Source: the human T2T-CHM13v2.0 reference genome, Homo sapiens
Length of the DNA: 64,000 nucleotides
Reading direction: 5' to 3' (one strand)
Assembly: GCF_009914755.1 (NCBI RefSeq)
Contig: NC_060935.1
In this document: piece by piece, positions 59,260 through 64,000 of the stretch
Numbering within the stretch: the stretch's first letter is position 1
Layout of the letters: each line of letters starts with the position of its first letter
Made by a program: the position numbers and the translations under genes
The notes under the pieces: model-generated
The model's database searches: none
The model's input: only the letters and a program-made list of their open reading frames with translations
What the model was told of the DNA's origin: nothing

Positions 59260-59985
59260 GCAAGGCATAGAGGCAGAAAAGTGGTAGACAGGGGTTGGGG
59301 GAATGGGCATAATGGGGAGATGTTGGTCTAAAAGTACAACATTTCAGTTAAACAAACTGAATAAAGTCCTGAAGATGAAATGAACATCCTGGTGATTATA
59401 CTGAATAATAATAATGTAATGTATACTTGAAATTTACTAAGAGAATAGATCTTAAATCTTACAAAAAAAAATAGTACCTATGTGAGGTGAGAGCTATGTC
59501 AACTAGCTTGATTATGGTAATCATTTTACTGTGTATACATATATCAAAACATCACATTGCATATCTTAAATATATGCAATTTTTGTTAGTCAGTATTACT
59601 TCAATAAAGCAAAGAAATATTAGAAATTAAATGGTATGATATAATGATTTTATAATACATAGTTGATTTTTTATTGTACAGATACTAATATTTGTCTTAT
59701 TATTCTAAGTGAAGTAACTCAGGAATGGAAAACCAAACATTGTATATTCTCACTGATATGTGGGAGCTAAGCTATGAGGATGCAAAGGCATAAGAATGAT
59801 ACAATAGATTTTGGGGACTTGGGGAGAAGAGTGGGAGGGGGTCGAGGGATAAATGACAACAAATATGAGGCAGTATATACTGCTCGGGTGATTGGTGCAC
59901 TAGGATCTCACAAAACTCCACTAAAGAACTTATCATGTAACCAAATACCACCTGCACCCCAATAACTTATGGGAAAAAAAATTAA
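59260..59985 (+). mobile_element. Two L1MA/MB 3'-end fragments (~59260-59620 and ~59698-59985)
   Basis: L1M 3'UTR motifs; gtaactcaggaatggaaaaccaaac...cactaaagaacttatcatgtaacc. Confidence 0.75.
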
Positions 59986-60895
59986 AAAACACATACAATG
60001 GATTATACCAAGAAAAAAATTACTAATATTTGTGATTAATATCTTCCTAAATCCAAACTGTTCAAGAAAAGCATAATATGTTAAGTGAAGTTTGGCTTAT
60101 CTATGACAGTTGATGGAATTATTAATGCTAAGTCAAAGTATAAAATCATTCAGGAATGAGCTGGATGTGGAAGGTAGAGCTGGAGGTTGAGGCATAGTGG
60201 TCTCAGGAACACAGATTCAGGGATACAAATGGGAATGGAGAATGAGATATCTCTGATAACAGCTTTTAATCTTTTTTATTACATGAGTAGTAGTAGGAAA
60301 TAGAATTGCGTGGAAAAAAGTTAAACTAACATAAACAGTGAAGTGCACTATGCATATAAGTCATCTTTATTAAGGCTGTTTACCTAATGATCCTCTCTAA
60401 GACTACCTGTACATGCTCAGTGGGGAACACTTATGAAAGTTTTAACAAGTATTACCAGTTTCACTGACAATTTTCTATCCAAACTGTCTAGTCATCTTTA
60501 TTAATTTCTTTACTCTAGAATGAGTCAAAAGACACTCTAGAATTGTGTCCCAGGAATCTCTGCTGCATCCATCTTCTACTCACCACTCTAAAATTTCTTG
60601 AGTATCTTCATGCCAGGTACCTGTCTTGGTGACTTATGTGTGATTTTGCCTTCCTGCCAGATTGAAGTTTCAGTCGCCCTTGGATATCAATTCTGGTTGT
60701 GTCCCTGGATGCTATATATTTCCAGTTTTCTCATAACTTTATCTTTCTACACATTCCTGTTCCCATTCTGGTACCAGTCTAATGCCTAGTGACCCATCAT
60801 ATACCTTTTGACAAAGGAGCAAAAACTAGATCCTTCATGCTTTGAAGAGTATAACAATTGCCAAATCATGAAAATTCAGTTAAAAGTTTAAATAA

Positions 60896-61183
60896 GCCAG
60901 GCACATGCCTCACTTTGTAATCCCAGCACTTTGGGAAGCCGAGGTGGGCAGATCACCTGAGGTTGGGAGTTCGAGACCACCATGGCCAACGTGGTGAAAC
61001 CTTGTCTCTACTAAAAATATAAAAATTATCCAGGCATGGTAGCACCCACCTGTAGTTTCAGCTACTCAGGAGGCTGAGGCAGGAGAATCGCTTTAACCCA
61101 GGAGGTGGAGGTTGTGTTGAATCCAAATCACACCACTGCACTCCATCCTTGGCAGCAGAGTGAGACTCTGTCTCAAAAAAAAA
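60896..61183 (+). mobile_element. AluS (Sq/Sx-like)
   Basis: Alu dimer, TSD aaaagtttaaataa. Confidence 0.9.
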
Positions 61184-61563
61184 GTTTAAATAACAATAAT
61201 GTTTAAGTTTTTTCTACAAGACCACTTCCGAGTAATTGTTCACCCTCTGTCTGTATATCTTCAGTGAAAGGATTAATCAGATACCAGTGCATAACTAATA
61301 GTAAAATTAAATGAAATTATAACATTAGGTAATACAGAATTTTTAATATATGTTTTATTTTCATTTTTAGGCTTTACAATAAAAAAAATAGTTGCAGCTA
61401 CCTACTACCAGCAAATTATGTAGAATAAGGAACCATATCTCAATTTATGTCTCATTCTGCCACTAACTTGAGGTTTGGTCAAATCATGCCATATATATGC
61501 ACTTCAATATCCTGTAAAATGTATTATAAGAATTAAGAATAAAATTTGGGTGCTAGTTATCAA

Positions 61564-62376
61564 TGTATTGCCTCTCAGCTCCAAATACAACCTTCATTTC
61601 CTGTGCATATTAATGAAAATAAGCCCTGTAGGAATTTATCCTCTGCACCTAGTCTGCTTTGATGTTAAGATTTGTCAATATAGAGAATCAAAAGGGGCAT
61701 CTCTTCCTGATTTAAATACGTTTCTGTTTTCATCTTGCTCTCTGTAGCTTCCAGCAGCATGTGTGTTTGGCTGGGCCGGGCAGGGGGAGGGAGAGACATT
61801 CAGAGGTGCTCACTTCCATTGAGTTTCACTGACAACTTCATGGACAATTTCCCATCGAGTTTCAGTGGTGCAGGGAGATTCCAATAAGTCACACAGATAC
61901 TCCAACAATCAGGTTTCCAAAACTGCCTATCGATAATGGGGTAGCCTTGGTCCACCTGCACCCTAGAGGGTTATTTCCTGCTTGCCAGTCCAGGCTACAG
62001 TTCCTCATTTACCAGCCTAAGCCCACCAGTATTCCAGCAAAAGCCTCCTGGCTGGCCAGTCCCAGACAGGTTTCTTGTGTGGCAGCTTCTATCCAGCTAC
62101 CATGAACTAGTTCTGGCCCAAGACTACCCAGTGAACTTCTCCACCATCCAATGGGCAGCAACTACACTTTCTCCAAGATATTGGAATCTCAGCCTTGGGA
62201 AGGGAGCCCAGCTCCCAAATGTGTTCCCTTCTTAGATACTCGTTTCTCAGTCACAGGGCATTCTTTACTTCTTTATAGTTAATCCCTCGATATAATTAAT
62301 AATTTTATGTAAATTTGCAATGCTCAAATCGGGGAAGCTGTGTGATCTGTCTCCTGATTGAACCCTAGCTGATACA
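61564..62376 (+). mobile_element. MER74-like ERVL solo LTR
   Basis: tgtattgcctctcagctccaaat...gatgttaagatttgtca...tctcctgattgaaccctagctgataca (TG...CA ends). Confidence 0.6.
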
Positions 62377-62865
62377 ATATGGAAAAAACTTAATATAATG
62401 CAGTCTTGCGGCATTAGATGAACAGAACATCTTTTTACAATATGACCAACATATTGTGACCAATAAAATTTACAAAAGAAAGTATGTATATATTAAGCCA
62501 GGGTCCAAATTAAAGAAATATCATTAAACATGTAAATTTCAATAATCAGCAGTAACCAACAGCTTAATGTTATATAATAAGATTATTTTAATATCAATCT
62601 AATATTCTACATTTATACTTTTTAGCATCTAGAGATGTTTCAAGTTTCCAGGCAATTGATGAATATGTATTAATTAAAAAGCAATAGTGGTGATGACAAG
62701 AGTGTGGGATAAGAGACAGTAAGCTTTACAGTCCAAGCTTTAGCTTTATGCTTTACTGACTATCTGCAAGCATTAGCCAGCCCCTTGTTAGAGTTGACAT
62801 ATTCATCTACAAATCAAGAAGCTTAAATACCTATTACCTCTATGTTGAGTGCTCAATGGTCTTAT

Positions 62866-63795
62866 TTAATCATTATCTGAAGTCACTTTTTTTCTCCAAA
62901 GCTTCCTTATTGCACTTTTTACCTCAGCATTTCTGAGTGTGTAGACCACGGGATTTAACATTGGGACCACCATAGTATAAAATACAGCAACAGCTTTATC
63001 AATGGGCAGAGTGGTCACTGAGCGCAGATACACAAATATACAGGGCACAAAGAATAAGACAACTACTATGATGTGAGAAATACAGGTGGAGAGGGCTTTA
63101 CACCTCCCCTCCAAGCTATTGTTCTTTAAAGATCTCAAGATGATCACATAGGATACCACCAAGATAAGGAAGTTTAATAAGCAGATAAACCCACTGTTCA
63201 CAGCAACAAAGAGACCAAGGGTATGAGTGTCTATGCAAACAAGTTTTAACAATGGGTACAAGTCACACATGAAGTGGCCTATGACATTGGGGCCACAGAA
63301 GGGCAGCCATACTGTAAAGAGAATCTGAATAGTTGCATGAAGAAATCCTCCCACCCAGGCCACTGCCACCAGGAGAATGCACAGGCTGTGGCTCATAATG
63401 GTTGTGTAGTTCAGAGGTTTGCAGATGGCCACATAGCAGTCACAGGCCATCACTGTCAGCAGGATGATCTCAGTAGCACCAAAAATGTGTTCTGCATAGG
63501 CTTGAGCCATACACCCATTAAAGGAGATGATTTTCTTCTCTTGAAAGGAATCCACAATCAACTTAGGAGCTGAAGAAGAAGAATAAACTGTGTCTATCAA
63601 AGAAAGGTGGGTCAGGAAGAAGTACATGGGGGAGCTCAGAGCCTGGCTGGTGGTAATGGTAACCACAATGAGCAGGTTGCCTGAAAGTGTTATCATGTAA
63701 AGAACCAAAAATACTACAAACGTGACTTTCTCCATTATGGGGTTCTGTGTAAGACCTATTAAAATGAATTCAGTCACATTCTTTTTCTTCTCCAT
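62866..63795 (-). CDS. OR4C12: Olfactory receptor 4C12, 309 aa
   Basis: [57 protein letters not shown]; intact ORF. Confidence 0.93.
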   Translation of the reverse strand: MEKKKNVTEFILIGLTQNPIMEKVTFVVFLVLYMITLSGNLLIVVTITTSQALSSPMYFFLTHLSLIDTVYSSSSAPKLIVDSFQEKKIISFNGCMAQAYAEHIFGATEIILLTVMACDCYVAICKPLNYTTIMSHSLCILLVAVAWVGGFLHATIQILFTVWLPFCGPNVIGHFMCDLYPLLKLVCIDTHTLGLFVAVNSGFICLLNFLILVVSYVIILRSLKNNSLEGRCKALSTCISHIIVVVLFFVPCIFVYLRSVTTLPIDKAVAVFYTMVVPMLNPVVYTLRNAEVKSAIRKLWRKKVTSDND

Positions 63796-63839
63796 CTATG
63801 TAGTGTGGGTGATAAAACCTCCAGGAAGGAATATTTTAC

Positions 63840-63878
63840 CTTTAGAAAAAAGAAAGGAAAAAAAAGAAGCATAAAAGA
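63840..63878 (-). promoter_or_regulatory. Putative splice acceptor of the OR4C12 coding exon
   Basis: Long pyrimidine tract then ctaaAG|G, 44 nt upstream of the ATG. Confidence 0.65.
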
Positions 63879-64000
63879 ATCAAATAGTCCAAAACTTTGC
63901 CTTTTCACTGCTCTGCCATCTCACAGATGATTCCTTCTCTTCCCAAAACTCTCTAGGAATAGGTACCCGTAAACTTCTCTAGCTGACTTCTTAGTTTTTT

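Noticed and set aside
63274-63573. 99-aa ORF antisense to OR4C12
   Set aside because: Shadow ORF of the coding strand with no independent support.

Overview
Human genomic DNA from an OR4-family olfactory receptor cluster; a human-specific AluYb8 and the two OR proteins support this, and from recall it is the OR4C13/OR4C12 region of 11p11.12. There are two intact single-coding-exon OR genes in convergent orientation (OR4C13, +, 33722-34651; OR4C12, -, 62866-63795) and two OR pseudogenes near the start (OR4A47-like, -, 1722-2627; a 5'-truncated OR4 relic, +, ~4574-5192). The rest is mostly nested L1, Alu, LTR, L2 and MIR repeats, and almost all other ORFs in the track are repeat-derived. The most interesting unannotated structure is a 'ghost' paralogue of the OR4C13 locus at ~56577-59120. 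Its putative promoter (homeodomain + O/E core, 36/37 identical) is joined directly to the 3' flank, with ~5 kb including the whole coding exon missing. A second orphan duplicated OR upstream region lies at ~5545-7730. Also notable: an AG|GTAA motif at the coding-exon acceptor of three OR4 genes, probable CpG decay of the DRY arginine, a template-switch inverted duplication, a twin-primed L1, two candidate short 3' transductions and a multi-layer L1/MER9 chimera. Repeat subfamily calls and boundaries are by eye and approximate.
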